Virus record (IMG/VR): IMGVR_UViG_2895374923_000001
Span: 27,860-91,859 of that record
Length of the DNA stretch: 64,000 bases
Origin: a virus
Lineage: Duplodnaviria; Caudoviricetes
Strand: one strand, 5' to 3'
The translations under genes were made by a program, and so were the position numbers. The notes beneath the pieces are model-generated. The model did no database searches. It was not told the DNA's origin and saw only the letters and a list, made by a program, of their open reading frames with translations. Numbering within the stretch: the first letter of the stretch is position 1; every line of letters begins with the position of its first letter. Positions 1-9,188 of the stretch are shown here, one piece after another.

Positions 1-1214
1 CTCGGGTGCTCGGCATCCTCGGGCGAGGTGATGCCCGCCTTCTCCAAGGGGACCAGCAATGAGCCGGCCGGGCCCTTCACATCCAGGCCGATCGCGACCG
101 GATCCCAGCGCTCCCTCAGCGCCACCAGCCGATCCACCACCCAGTCCGTTCCCGGCCGATGGTCGGCGACCTCCACATGACCGAGCCCATCACTGCGCAG
201 CCCATACACGGAGATGCAGGACGAGTCCCGCGACGGGGTGACATCCACGGCGAACGCCACATCACCCTGCCGGCGCGACTCCGGGTCGGTCAGCTTCAGC
301 CACGCCTCGACACTCAACTCGCTCGCGCCGTCGCTGGCCCGTGGCAGCCACGCGCCCAGCCGCTCGACGGAGAACTTGTCGCCGAGACCGGACGGCTTGG
401 CCTCGTCCTCGACGAACTCCTCGGTGATCCGGATGCCCAAGCTTGGGTTGCACGCGTACCACAAGTCGCGGTCCCGGGCAGCTCGCCGCCGGTCGGCCTC
501 GTTCGTGACATCCAGGTCGGCGCCCCAGTCGAAGTGCGCGATACGGTCAGCGCCCGCTTCGCCATCCGCGCGCAGGCCGTACGCCCACGCCGCCGGGTCA
601 TCAGGTGGGGTGCCGAAGAACCACTCCTGCGGGTTCGGCTGAGCCGACAGGGTCGGCAGCATGGCCGCCCGTTGTTGGGCGGTCAGCTCTTGCGCCTCGT
701 CGAGCACGTTCTTGCCGCCCGAGAAGCCGCGACCCGACGTCCGGCTGCGGGCCACGAACCTCAACCGTGCGCCGCCGGCCGACTTCGTCAGCTCGATGCC
801 CTGCTCTCCATTCGCCTGCCAGTAGCGGTTGACGCGCCGGTCCAGGTCCGGGGTCTGCTCGCACAGGCCCTTGATCCGCAGGTAAGCCTCTTGGGCAGTT
901 TTGTACTCGTGCGCGCTGTGCAGGATCAGCTTCTCGCCGAGCAGGAACAGCCAGCCGAGTTCCAGCGCCTCGATGATGCCGCCCTTGCCGTTCTGCCTGG
1001 GCACCCAGCACGAACACTTCGTGGCCGCCCACCGCCCGTCAGGGCGTTCGCCCAGGCCATGCGTCAGCACGAACTGCTGCCAAGGATCGAGCACCAGCCC
1101 CGCGGACTCGGCCAGGTCGATGAACTCCGGAGCCGCACTCACGGCGTAGCCAGGCCACCTACCCACCCGCGGCGTTTGCGCGCCGATCCGCACGTCTGGA
1201 AGCAAGCTCGTCAA
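1..1214 (-). CDS. terL: Terminase large subunit (runs off left edge; not in ORF track)
   Basis: Manual translation from TTG 1214: MTSLLPDVRIGAQTPRV...LDPWQ...VPRQNGKG (Walker A)...RGFSGGKNVLDEAQ (Walker B); homologous to 34995..36425. Confidence 0.93.
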   Translation of the reverse strand, partial: MTSLLPDVRIGAQTPRVGRWPGYAVSAAPEFIDLAESAGLVLDPWQQFVLTHGLGERPDGRWAATKCSCWVPRQNGKGGIIEALELGWLFLLGEKLILHSAHEYKTAQEAYLRIKGLCEQTPDLDRRVNRYWQANGEQGIELTKSAGGARLRFVARSRTSGRGFSGGKNVLDEAQELTAQQRAAMLPTLSAQPNPQEWFFGTPPDDPAAWAYGLRADGEAGADRIAHFDWGADLDVTNEADRRRAARDRDLWYACNPSLGIRITEEFVEDEAKPSGLGDKFSVERLGAWLPRASDGASELSVEAWLKLTDPESRRQGDVAFAVDVTPSRDSSCISVYGLRSDGLGHVEVADHRPGTDWVVDRLVALRERWDPVAIGLDVKGPAGSLLVPLEKAGITSPEDAEHP

Positions 1215-1404
1215 GGCGACTCACCTCCTTGCCGCCGGGCAGGCTCTCCAACTCCGCGATGGTCGAGCGCAGCTCTTTCGCGAGGGCGGCTGTGTCGCGG
1301 CCGGACGCATCGCGCAGCTCGGCGGCGAGCTTGTCCCGGATGGCTTCCAGCGAGGCCCGGCGGTCGCCGCTCAGCACGGCCGAGGCAAGATCAAGCTCAC
1401 TCAT
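1159..1404 (-). CDS. terS: Terminase small subunit
   Basis: SGDRRASLEAIRDKLAAEL...AALAKELR; lies between HNH and terL; close homolog of 34811..35071. Confidence 0.85.
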   Translation of the reverse strand: MSELDLASAVLSGDRRASLEAIRDKLAAELRDASGRDTAALAKELRSTIAELESLPGGKEVSRLDELASRRADRRANAAGG

Positions 1405-1419
1405 GATCACCGCCTAGGG

Positions 1420-1495
1420 TTTCGCGGGGAGAGAAAAACGGACGCCTAGTCGCGGGGTCATCCAGACCCTTGGTCAAAAGTCCCTGACCTGCGGA
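1420..1495 (-). other. Putative cos/packaging site of the left element
   Basis: HNH-terS intergenic region with GCAGGTCA, GACCCCGC and TTTCTCTCCCC motifs that also occur at 34680-34772. Confidence 0.6.
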
Positions 1496-1505
1496 AACGC
1501 GGAAG

Positions 1506-1805
1506 CTACCAGTCTTGCGAGGTTCGCAGGGGTGTGCTGGTCAGGAGCTTGTCGCCCTTCTCCTGGTTGCATTTGCGACCACACACGGGGCATGGGGCGT
1601 TGGCTCCGTGGCTTGGCCGCATGGCGTGGGGGTCTACGGGCTGGTGTGGGTCCAGGCTGATGGGGATGAGGTGGTCGGCTTCGCCTGCTCCGTGGTGTCC
1701 GCAGATCCAGCAGTCCGTGCCGTAGATGAGGAACATCTGCTTGCGTGCTCTGCGGTAGGGGCGTCCGCTGCGGTGCCTGACGTTGCGCTGTCTACTCGTG
1801 GTCAC
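1506..1805 (-). CDS. Terminase-associated HNH endonuclease
   Basis: CWIC...EADHLIP...SH...CNQEKG, ends RTSQDW; directly upstream of terS. Confidence 0.85.
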   Translation of the reverse strand: MTTSRQRNVRHRSGRPYRRARKQMFLIYGTDCWICGHHGAGEADHLIPISLDPHQPVDPHAMRPSHGANAPCPVCGRKCNQEKGDKLLTSTPLRTSQDW

Positions 1806-2088
1806 CGTTGTGGCCTGGGGGTTGAGGGCACCAGCGGTACGGGTCGGGTGGGTTGAGCAGGACACCGCACTCGGTGGCTGGTGAGGCGACGGGGCTGTGG
1901 TCACCGTGGTGGTTGGCAGGTTCACGGCACCACTGCTGTTCGTTGCGTGGGTCCACGGTTCCGCATTCGCCTGGTCTGGCGTCGCCGTGTCGGCGTTCTC
2001 CGGTGGCGAGGTAGGTGAGGACTTGGGAGGCGGTCATGCCGTGTGGTGTGCCGACTGCTGAGGCTATCTCGGTGAGAGCGTCCGTCAT
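1792..2088 (-). CDS. Small protein with two C-x11/12-C-x5-HxGDH putative metal-binding repeats
   Basis: ECGTVDPRNEQQWCREPANHHGDH and ECGVLLNPPDPYRWCPQPPGHNGDH. Confidence 0.6.
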   Translation of the reverse strand: MTDALTEIASAVGTPHGMTASQVLTYLATGERRHGDARPGECGTVDPRNEQQWCREPANHHGDHSPVASPATECGVLLNPPDPYRWCPQPPGHNGDHE

Positions 2089-2242
2089 TGCGTCACCTGC
2101 TCTCTGGTGTTGGGGAGGTGAGGCCCGCACGCTCGGGGGTACGTGGGGCCTCACCTCGTGCCGTGCGGGGCACCCTCGGGCCTGCACGGCTGGCGCAGCC
2201 GGGTCCCCCTCCGGCGTGCGCGGCTTCTGGTCTGGGTACGGG

Positions 2243-2275
2243 AGAAGCCCCAGCTCACGGGGAGCTGGGGCTTCT
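2243..2275. terminator. Strong hairpin in the late leader (terminator or attenuator)
   Basis: AGAAGCCCCAGCTC-acggg-GAGCTGGGGCTTCT, 14-bp perfect stem. Confidence 0.55.
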
Positions 2276-2310
2276 GGACAACCGTGACCACGCTATCGAT
2301 TCACAGCATG

Positions 2311-3087
2311 TCACCTGGTGGTTGCGTGCGCAACTTTATGGCGCATGAGGGTGGCGATGTCGGTCAGCCGGTAGAGGTTGCGGCCCTTGTCGTCTACGCC
2401 TGCGGGGGTGAGTTTGCCGCGTGCGGCCCACGTGCGGATGAGGTCGGGCTTGATCGGTCGGATGAGGATGGACAAGGTGAACGCTGCCTCGGGTGGGGCC
2501 ATCATCGACACCTGGAGGGTGGCGAGCATGGCCTGCTTGCTGGCTTCTACGTCGTGGTGAAGGTGTTCTCCTTCGGCGTCTACGCAGGTCTGGCAGTAGG
2601 CGAACTCGGCTCCCTGCTTGGCGTACAGCGCGGTCCCGCAGACGGTGCACTGTCCGGCGTAGATCCTGGGGACGGGCCGGTCGATGACGTGGCGTACGGC
2701 GCGTACGGCGTCGCGGATCTCGGTGACGGCGTCGGGGCCGGCGGGGTGGTGGCGGAGCCACTCAAGGTGTTCGAGTAGCCATCGACTGAGGGGTGCGAGG
2801 CCGTCGAGCGGTTGGGGGAGGCCGCGCTGGTCGGCGATGAGCGTGCACCAGGAGGCGAGGAGCGCCTTGAGCGCGCGGCCTCGTGCCTCGGCGTCGAAGT
2901 TGGCGGGCATCTCGATTCGGGTGGGTCCGCCTCCGCCGAGGCTCGTTTGCTTCGAGAGGGCGATGTCGAGTTCGTGGTCGAGGCCGGGGACGTCTTCGAG
3001 ATCTCGGCGTAGCGCGTGGGTGCAGCGCGTGCAGACGTTGGCCAGGTCGGCGACCTCGGCGCCGCAGAGCTGACAGGTTACGGTCAT
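2311..3087 (-). CDS. Putative late-transcription regulator (Zn fingers plus C-terminal HTH)
   Basis: CQLC/CTRC, CTVC/CQTC and IRTWAARGKL...GRNLYRL; last gene before the packaging module; homologous to 32970..33635 plus 33632..33895. Confidence 0.65.
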   Translation of the reverse strand: MTVTCQLCGAEVADLANVCTRCTHALRRDLEDVPGLDHELDIALSKQTSLGGGGPTRIEMPANFDAEARGRALKALLASWCTLIADQRGLPQPLDGLAPLSRWLLEHLEWLRHHPAGPDAVTEIRDAVRAVRHVIDRPVPRIYAGQCTVCGTALYAKQGAEFAYCQTCVDAEGEHLHHDVEASKQAMLATLQVSMMAPPEAAFTLSILIRPIKPDLIRTWAARGKLTPAGVDDKGRNLYRLTDIATLMRHKVAHATTR

Positions 3088-3108
3088 CGGTCCCCCTGAA
3101 GTCGAAGC

Positions 3109-3142
3109 CAGCCCTGCACGACTTGGGAGCCGTGCAGGGCTG
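3109..3142. terminator. Intergenic hairpin
   Basis: CAGCCCTGCACG...CGTGCAGGGCTG. Confidence 0.5.
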
Positions 3143-3149
3143 CGGAAGG

Positions 3150-3608
3150 CTATCGGCCCATGACCTGGGCGACGGCGGTCAGCATGCCTTCGTCGAAGGG
3201 CATGGTCGGGTTCATGAGGAATGCACGGTCGGGGAACCACCATTCGGAGATGTCGCCGCCGTAGTCCTGGTGGAAGGCGCCGCTGAGGGTCTTGCCGTCC
3301 TTGACCGCGTAGCGGGGGCCGAACTTGCGCTCGTGTGCTCCGTCGCGGCTGTTCATCGTCATGAGGAAGCCGGGGAACTTGGCGGCGTCGAGATAGACGG
3401 CGGCGCCCACCTCATAGTTGGGTCCGCCTTTCAGGTTGCTACGGGCGATGTCGGCCAGCTCTTCGGCTTCGACAACGGGTGCGCCGACCACGAACCAGGT
3501 GAGGGCAGCGCCGTACCCGGCGTGGAACTCGCTGGTGTACGAGCGGTCGATGACGCTGAAGTCGACGAAGGGTCCGCGGTGGATGCGCCGAATGGGTGTG
3601 GGCTCCAT
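3150..3608 (-). CDS. Hypothetical protein
   Basis: ATG with GAGG RBS, in tandem with neighbours. Confidence 0.65.
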   Translation of the reverse strand: MEPTPIRRIHRGPFVDFSVIDRSYTSEFHAGYGAALTWFVVGAPVVEAEELADIARSNLKGGPNYEVGAAVYLDAAKFPGFLMTMNSRDGAHERKFGPRYAVKDGKTLSGAFHQDYGGDISEWWFPDRAFLMNPTMPFDEGMLTAVAQVMGR

Positions 3609-3615
3609 GGCTGCC

Positions 3616-4032
3616 TCAAAGGTTGACGGCGATGTAGACGCCCTGCATGACGCCTTGCCAGAACGCGGATTCGGAGTGGAAATACCAAGTGCGTTCCCAC
3701 GGGATGTCGCTTTTCCAGGCGTTGCCGAGTTCGGCTTTGCGCTGGGCGGTGTAGGTGGGCCCATGGAGGACTTCGACGCCTTGCCCGGCCTGTTCGAGGT
3801 AGGCGAGGAACGTCGGATAGAGGCTGGCGTCGAGCCAGTACGTGGACCAGTCGCCGTCTTCTCCGGCCCGGATCTCCATGTGGATGTCGGCGAGTCGCTG
3901 TGCCTCCTGCTGTGTGGGATGGGTCTTCACCCAGCCGAGGGCGGTTTGGAGGCCGACGTTGAACTCGGTGATGTAGTCGTGGGCTTCCTTGCCCACGTTG
4001 AGGATTGTGGTCCTGATGGGTGTGATGGTCAT
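3616..4032 (-). CDS. Hypothetical protein
   Basis: Translationally coupled ORF. Confidence 0.65.
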   Translation of the reverse strand: MTITPIRTTILNVGKEAHDYITEFNVGLQTALGWVKTHPTQQEAQRLADIHMEIRAGEDGDWSTYWLDASLYPTFLAYLEQAGQGVEVLHGPTYTAQRKAELGNAWKSDIPWERTWYFHSESAFWQGVMQGVYIAVNL

Positions 4033-4430
4033 TGCGCGGCCTCCTTTACGGCGTGCTCCTTGATCCGGTTGAGCCCGGCGAACGTATGGATGACCTTGTG
4101 GGCTTCAGCTCGGAGGGCGCGGAACTGGGCGGCGAGACACACCATCGCGGTGTCGATATCACTCGCGCTGAGCTTGCTCGTAGGGATCATGACATGGGCG
4201 CCGTCGTCGCGGATGACGTCTACGCACCCGGCCATGGCGATCGTCTGGTCGCGGAGGTTGAGCGCTTCGTCCATGAGGGCGGTGTGTTCTTCGAGGATGT
4301 CGGCGGCGGTCATCTCGGGAGAGGTGTCCTCGAACCCGAAGGCGTAGTCGACGCGGCTTTCCGCTGACCAGGTGGTCATGAGGGTCTTGGCGTAGTGCTC
4401 GGCCAGAGCGGCGAGCTGGTTGTTGGTCAT
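4029..4430 (-). CDS. Hypothetical protein
   Basis: AGGAG RBS, coupled to the next ORF. Confidence 0.7.
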   Translation of the reverse strand: MTNNQLAALAEHYAKTLMTTWSAESRVDYAFGFEDTSPEMTAADILEEHTALMDEALNLRDQTIAMAGCVDVIRDDGAHVMIPTSKLSASDIDTAMVCLAAQFRALRAEAHKVIHTFAGLNRIKEHAVKEAAQ

Positions 4431-4481
4431 ACGATGCTCCTGACTGGCCGGGCCCGATGTGAGCGGGCCCGGCCGTAGTTG

Positions 4482-5012
4482 TTAGCTGGTGGGAACGTGC
4501 TCCGGCGCGCAGTCGAGATCCGTGCAGGCGTAGGACGGGCGCAGCAGGTGGAAGTCTCCGTAGATGCCGTTCCGTAGGTCGTGAACCGTCCACTCGGTGG
4601 CCGCGGTGGCGGTGCCGCTGGTGTTGTCCACGGCGATCAGGCCGTGGTGTGTGTCGATGTGGACGGCAGTGAGCCCAGAGAGGTGGATGGTGAGGACACC
4701 TTCTGTCAGCGCCATCTCGTGGGCGTGCTCGTGCTGGCGGCGCCTGAGATTCGCCGAGGTGATGAAGTCCTTGAACATGTCGTCGGTGTAGCGGGCAGGC
4801 AGCCTCTCGAACACTGGGTCACAGGTCGCGGCTTCGCAGGCCAGGAAGCGGTTGCGGCCGTCGATGAGGACGGTCCCGTCGTAGTTGAGCGTGATGGGCT
4901 GGCGCAGACCTTGCCGCTTGATGTCGGCGACGAGCGCCTCGAAGTCTGCTCCTTCCATAAGAGGGAAGGCTGCGAGCGCCGGGTGGATGGTGAACGGGCC
5001 GAGCTGGTTCAT
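4482..5012 (-). CDS. ParB/Srx N-terminal-domain protein
   Basis: IHPALAAFPLM...LVADIKRQGLRQPI...LIDGRNR...ITSANLRRR. Confidence 0.8.
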   Translation of the reverse strand: MNQLGPFTIHPALAAFPLMEGADFEALVADIKRQGLRQPITLNYDGTVLIDGRNRFLACEAATCDPVFERLPARYTDDMFKDFITSANLRRRQHEHAHEMALTEGVLTIHLSGLTAVHIDTHHGLIAVDNTSGTATAATEWTVHDLRNGIYGDFHLLRPSYACTDLDCAPEHVPTS

Positions 5013-5076
5013 GGTGATCTTCCTGTCTCGTGAGAGGGTGATCGGGGCCGTGCCCGCCGTAATCGGGCACGGCCTC

Positions 5077-5418
5077 CTACTTCGTGGCCTGCTCGGTGAC
5101 GGCCCGGTAGATGGCCGTCGTCAGGGCGGGGTCGTGGCTGGGGCAGCGCGGACCGATGCCCTGGTGGAGGCGCACCTTGTGGGTGGTACCGCAGTACGAC
5201 TGCGTGGAGGCCGACCAGTACGAGCAGTGCCGGACCGTGAGAACGACAGGGGTCTCCTCCTTGTAATCCCTCTCGTTCACCCGGAGCTTCTGCAGTTCGC
5301 GGAGGGTATGGCCCTCGCCGCCCATGTAGCTGCAGCGTGGGCAGCAGTGGGGGCGCGGTCGGCCGGGAAAGGGGTCCTCCGGCTTCACTCCGGGCGCCGG
5401 GATTTGGTTTGCGGACAA
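5077..5418 (-). CDS. Hypothetical Cys/His-containing protein
   Basis: ORF in operon; start uncertain. Confidence 0.45.
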   Translation of the reverse strand: MSANQIPAPGVKPEDPFPGRPRPHCCPRCSYMGGEGHTLRELQKLRVNERDYKEETPVVLTVRHCSYWSASTQSYCGTTHKVRLHQGIGPRCPSHDPALTTAIYRAVTEQATK

Positions 5419-5420
5419 GG

Positions 5421-5678
5421 TCAGTCCTCCTTGGGGCCGGTGTAGGAGCTGTTCAGGTTGCGGAGGCGTTCGGTCATTTCGTTGACTCGAACGGTGTTGC
5501 GCTGCAGGTCGGCCAGCCGCTCCTCGTGGAGCTTCCGGTTGCGCTCCCACGCCTCGTTCCGGTCGGCGCGCGCCTGCTTAAGGGACTCCTTGAGTCCCCT
5601 CCGGTCGGAGATCAGGACTCCGATCAAGATGGCGGCGGCCATCACCACGTAGATGAGGATGATCACTGCGGTTTGCAT
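5421..5678 (-). CDS. Small membrane-anchored coiled-coil protein
   Basis: Hydrophobic N-terminal helix; GAAAGG RBS. Confidence 0.65.
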   Translation of the reverse strand: MQTAVIILIYVVMAAAILIGVLISDRRGLKESLKQARADRNEAWERNRKLHEERLADLQRNTVRVNEMTERLRNLNSSYTGPKED

Positions 5679-5695
5679 GGCGGTCTTGCCTTTCG

Positions 5696-6226
5696 TTAAG
5701 CCGCGGTCGCGGCGTTAGTGAAGCGGGTACGGGGAGTGCCCGAGTAGCCGGGCAGATTGGCGATGCGCCACTCGTGGGCGACCTCAGCGGCCTTCTCCTT
5801 GTCGGCGAAGGTGCCGAGGTAGAGCGAGCGGCCGTTGAGCTTGGCCTGGGCCACCCACTTGTTGCCGGCGCGGACGACACCGCGCATACCGGTGGAGGAG
5901 AGGGCTCGGCGGTTCCCGGCGTTGGACTGGTGGGTGGCCCAGCGGAGGTTGCTGAGCCGGTTGTCGAGCGGGTCGCCGTTGACGTGGTCGACGAGGCGTC
6001 CGTCACCGCGGCGGGCGTTCATCAGCCAGCGGTGGAGGGGCGTGTCCTGCTGCTCCACTCTCAGTGCGGCGTAGCCGTGGCTCCCGAGGTGGAGCCGCCG
6101 CTTGCCGAGACGTTCGGCGCCCTCGGGGCACAGCCACACGATCACGGGGCCGTTCCGGGTGGAGGCGGGGACGGCGACGGCTGAGGGGTCTTCGAGGTGG
6201 AGCGGAGGTTGGAAGTTGGCTGACAT
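5696..6226 (-). CDS. HNH endonuclease with AP2 DNA-binding domain
   Basis: LHRWLM...VDHVNGDPLDNRLSNLR, then STGMRGV...WVAQ...YLGTF. Confidence 0.9.
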   Translation of the reverse strand: MSANFQPPLHLEDPSAVAVPASTRNGPVIVWLCPEGAERLGKRRLHLGSHGYAALRVEQQDTPLHRWLMNARRGDGRLVDHVNGDPLDNRLSNLRWATHQSNAGNRRALSSTGMRGVVRAGNKWVAQAKLNGRSLYLGTFADKEKAAEVAHEWRIANLPGYSGTPRTRFTNAATAA

Positions 6227-6297
6227 CGGATTCCCTACTTTCCGTGTCGGATGGCCGGTGTATGGCTAGCCATGTGTCGGCGCAGGTCAGACCGGGT

Positions 6298-6381
6298 GTG
6301 TAGGGATGTGCATGGTTTTCCGTAACTCGCTACGCGCGCACACGCATGAGAGATTCCGGGAAACCCTTCACAGCCCTACAC
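6298..6381. repeat. Long imperfect inverted repeat directly downstream of the helicase gene; probable replication origin
   Basis: GTGTAGGGATGTGCATGGTTTTCCG / CCGGGAAACCCTTCACAGCCCTACAC. Confidence 0.55.
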
Positions 6382-6390
6382 TCCTGCAGG

Positions 6391-7758
6391 TCAGCGGCCC
6401 TCTTCCTCGTCGTCGCCTTGACGCTCGACAGTGAGAACGAGCCCGCGGTAGATGAACCCGCCGCTGGTCCGGACCTTCTCGAAACCGCGCTTGGCCATGG
6501 ACTCGGCGAACATGACCTCGCTGCTGGGGACTTCGCCGCTGGCGAGACACCAGCTCGACCAAGCGGCGTAGAGTTCACGGGCCTTCTCGCGGCCCGCGTT
6601 CGTGGAGTGCGTACGTTCGGATAGGAACCGCGCCATGACGTCGCTGGTGGCTTGGTACTTCTGGGTGCGGACTCGTACTGCTTCGGGTGGATCGAGGCCC
6701 TTGTCCTGGTAGTCCCGCCACCCTTGATAGGCCCACGCGAGTACAGCGGGAGCAGCGGCTTTGAGCCTGTCGGGCAGGTCGCTGTCTCGCTCGTCCTCGG
6801 GGATGACGACGTCGAAGGGGACCACCAGGATTCGCCGCCACACGGCCGGGTCGTCGCCGCTGACGATCGGGAGGAAGTTCGTCAGCATGATCAGGGTGTG
6901 GGACGGATCGAACGTGATCGGGTTCTTGTGCATGAGGTTGGCCTCGATGGGGTCGCCACCGACGAGCCGCTTCATGGTCGCTTCAGCGAACCGGCGTCCC
7001 TTCTCCGTCTCTGAGCAGAAGACGAGGCGGGCACCCCGAAGGCGCATCTTGAACGCGCCATGCCGTTCGTGCTTGGACTCCATCAAGATGGCCGGGTCCA
7101 CTTCAATGGCGTAGTCGCCGAAGGCGGCCATCAGGGCATCCCTGAGGGTGCCCTTGCCGTTGGCACCTGTCCCCGTCCAGATGGGCATGACGTGCTCGGT
7201 GACCTTGCCCAGCATGGAGTAGCCGACAAGCCTCTGAACGAAGGCGCGAACGTCTTCGTCCGGCAGGATCTTCAGGAGAAAGGAGTCCCACTCGGCGTTC
7301 TCGTCTGAGTGGAGATTCCCGCCCGCGACCTTGGTGATCAGATCATTCCGGTCGTTTGGCCCACTGGACCCGGTTCGCAGGTCGAGCGTGCCGAAGGGTG
7401 TGTTGAACAGGAAGGCGTTGGCGTCGAGCTGGTCCGATGCGATCGCGAGGGGCTTGATGTTCGCAGCGATGCGGAGGACGCCCTCCAGCCCGGAAGCGGA
7501 CTCGCATCTCCCTGCATCCTCTAGGAGCGCCTTCTTGGCGTCCTTGTTGAGCCGCGCGGCCTGGTTGCGGGCATCCTTCACGGTCTTGATGGCGCAGCGG
7601 TGCGCCCCGCCGTCCTTGTCCTCGGCCCACCGGGTGTTATCCCAGCGGTACCAGCCAAGCCCGTGGACGTAGCGGAGGGCGTCAGCGTGCTGGCTGGTGA
7701 ACCGTTCTGCGATCCGGAGTTGCCCCCTGTGCTGTTCCTGGACCGTGTTGCTTCGCAC
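6391..7758 (-). CDS. P4/D5-family primase-associated SF3 helicase
   Basis: GWYRWDNTRW, GTGANGKGT Walker A, LRGARLVFCSE, MKRLVGGDPIEA. Confidence 0.92.
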   Translation of the reverse strand: MRSNTVQEQHRGQLRIAERFTSQHADALRYVHGLGWYRWDNTRWAEDKDGGAHRCAIKTVKDARNQAARLNKDAKKALLEDAGRCESASGLEGVLRIAANIKPLAIASDQLDANAFLFNTPFGTLDLRTGSSGPNDRNDLITKVAGGNLHSDENAEWDSFLLKILPDEDVRAFVQRLVGYSMLGKVTEHVMPIWTGTGANGKGTLRDALMAAFGDYAIEVDPAILMESKHERHGAFKMRLRGARLVFCSETEKGRRFAEATMKRLVGGDPIEANLMHKNPITFDPSHTLIMLTNFLPIVSGDDPAVWRRILVVPFDVVIPEDERDSDLPDRLKAAAPAVLAWAYQGWRDYQDKGLDPPEAVRVRTQKYQATSDVMARFLSERTHSTNAGREKARELYAAWSSWCLASGEVPSSEVMFAESMAKRGFEKVRTSGGFIYRGLVLTVERQGDDEEEGR

Positions 7759-8792
7759 TAGCGGACCCCCTGCAGGCGGCGCGGGTGGCGCATGCCGGCG
7801 GTCAGGCCGGACCTGATGGTTCTCGTGATCTGGGAAGGCCCGCAGTTGGGATCAACGTCGAGGCCGACGCCGTACGCGGCGTCAGTGAGGGCGCGCTCGG
7901 CGGCGGCCTGGTCGAGGGCGCCCGCGCCCACGAGGGTCCCGAGGATGAACGCGCTCTTGTTGAGCTGGTCGCATCTGCCCGGCCGACCCTTGCCGCCCTT
8001 GGGGGCATCCATGATCGCCTGGACCTCACCAGCTACGGCGGCCGAGACATACCGGTCGCGAAGCTGAGGAAGGTCAGGAGCCCGGCGGGCCTTCTCTGGA
8101 AGAGGCTTCTCGCGCAGGTAGTCCGCGAGCCGATGGTGAAGCGGCGTCAGGGGGAGGCGGATCGTGTCCCGGTCCCACCTGTACGCCTGGCCGGTCTTGC
8201 TGCTGACGGACGGCGCGGTGACGAAGTAGCCCCCGTCCGCCTTGACATCGAGTCCGCGGCCCAGCCGGTTGGAGCCACCCTTGATCCGTCCGCCGGGGTG
8301 GGCGTACAGGAGGTGCATGCCGCCAGACGGGGTGCGCTGCACGACGGTGTCCGGGAGGTAGCCCGCTTTCCGTCCGCGCTCGGCAGCGGCGTAACCGTCG
8401 ACGCCGTGCCCGGCCATGCTGTCGATGTCGAGGACGACGAGCCCGGACGGTGCCCCTGTCCGGATGGCGACAAGCCCACGCGGGATCAGCCCGGCCATCT
8501 CCCGCAGCCTCTCGGGGTCGCTGGTGGCTGCGTAGAAGCCATGGCACGTGACGTGTGTGCACGCCTCGCGCTGGTCGTTGGTGAGGTGGTGCTTGTCGCA
8601 GTAGTCGCAGTTCTTGGTCGGAACCTTGCCGGAACTGAGGAGGAACGGCTTCCAGCCACACGCTGCGTAGGCGAGCAGCGCCTCATACGCCGAGGTTTCC
8701 GGCGTGATGCTGATCGTCGCGGGTGTCGCCGCGAGCTGGTAGTAGGAAATGGTCGTAGCGCCGTTGGCGGCGCCGGAAATTGGCGTCACCAC
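7758..8792 (-). CDS. Bifunctional DNA primase/polymerase
   Basis: CHGFYAATSDP, IRTGAPSGLVVLDID, RTPSGGMHL, GLDVKADGGYFVTAPS. Confidence 0.92.
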   Translation of the reverse strand: MVTPISGAANGATTISYYQLAATPATISITPETSAYEALLAYAACGWKPFLLSSGKVPTKNCDYCDKHHLTNDQREACTHVTCHGFYAATSDPERLREMAGLIPRGLVAIRTGAPSGLVVLDIDSMAGHGVDGYAAAERGRKAGYLPDTVVQRTPSGGMHLLYAHPGGRIKGGSNRLGRGLDVKADGGYFVTAPSVSSKTGQAYRWDRDTIRLPLTPLHHRLADYLREKPLPEKARRAPDLPQLRDRYVSAAVAGEVQAIMDAPKGGKGRPGRCDQLNKSAFILGTLVGAGALDQAAAERALTDAAYGVGLDVDPNCGPSQITRTIRSGLTAGMRHPRRLQGVR

Positions 8793-8846
8793 GGTCCCCC
8801 GGGTTCTTAGTTCTGGTTGTACGTCGGGGGAAGAAGGGGACCGTGG

Positions 8847-9188
8847 CTAGCCAACAGCGAGGGCGTCGTCGTGCGACGCCTCAGCCTTCATCCACTCGAT
8901 CCACGCAGCGAAGCACTCCACCGGAATACGGCGGGAGCGCGGCGTGGGCTTGACGCTCTTGAGACGCCCGGACTGAATTGCCCTGCGGATCGTGCCCTTG
9001 GACAGGGACGACTCCTGCTCAACACGGCGAGGAGTCATGAGCCGCGGGAGGTGCGCGTACGCGCTGAGGTCGATCTCGATCGGGTGGTTCGTGGACGACT
9101 TGCGCAGAGGGCGCTTCGGGGCAGCATCCGACAAGGGGGTTCCGACGTGCGTCTGTGCACACGTAGAATCAAGGCCGACTTGGCCCAT
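8847..9188 (-). CDS. Excisionase-like HTH protein
   Basis: LMTPRRVEQESSLSKGTIRRAIQSGRLKSVK...RRIP; AGGAGAA RBS. Confidence 0.75.
   Translation of the reverse strand: MGQVGLDSTCAQTHVGTPLSDAAPKRPLRKSSTNHPIEIDLSAYAHLPRLMTPRRVEQESSLSKGTIRRAIQSGRLKSVKPTPRSRRIPVECFAAWIEWMKAEASHDDALAVG

Noticed and set aside
159-1406. 415-aa + strand ORF
   Set aside because: Antisense shadow of terL/terS.
6244-6266. PafBC-type DNA-damage promoter (TGTCGG-N10-TA...)
   Set aside because: The -10 is imperfect (TATGGC) and it points antisense to the operon.
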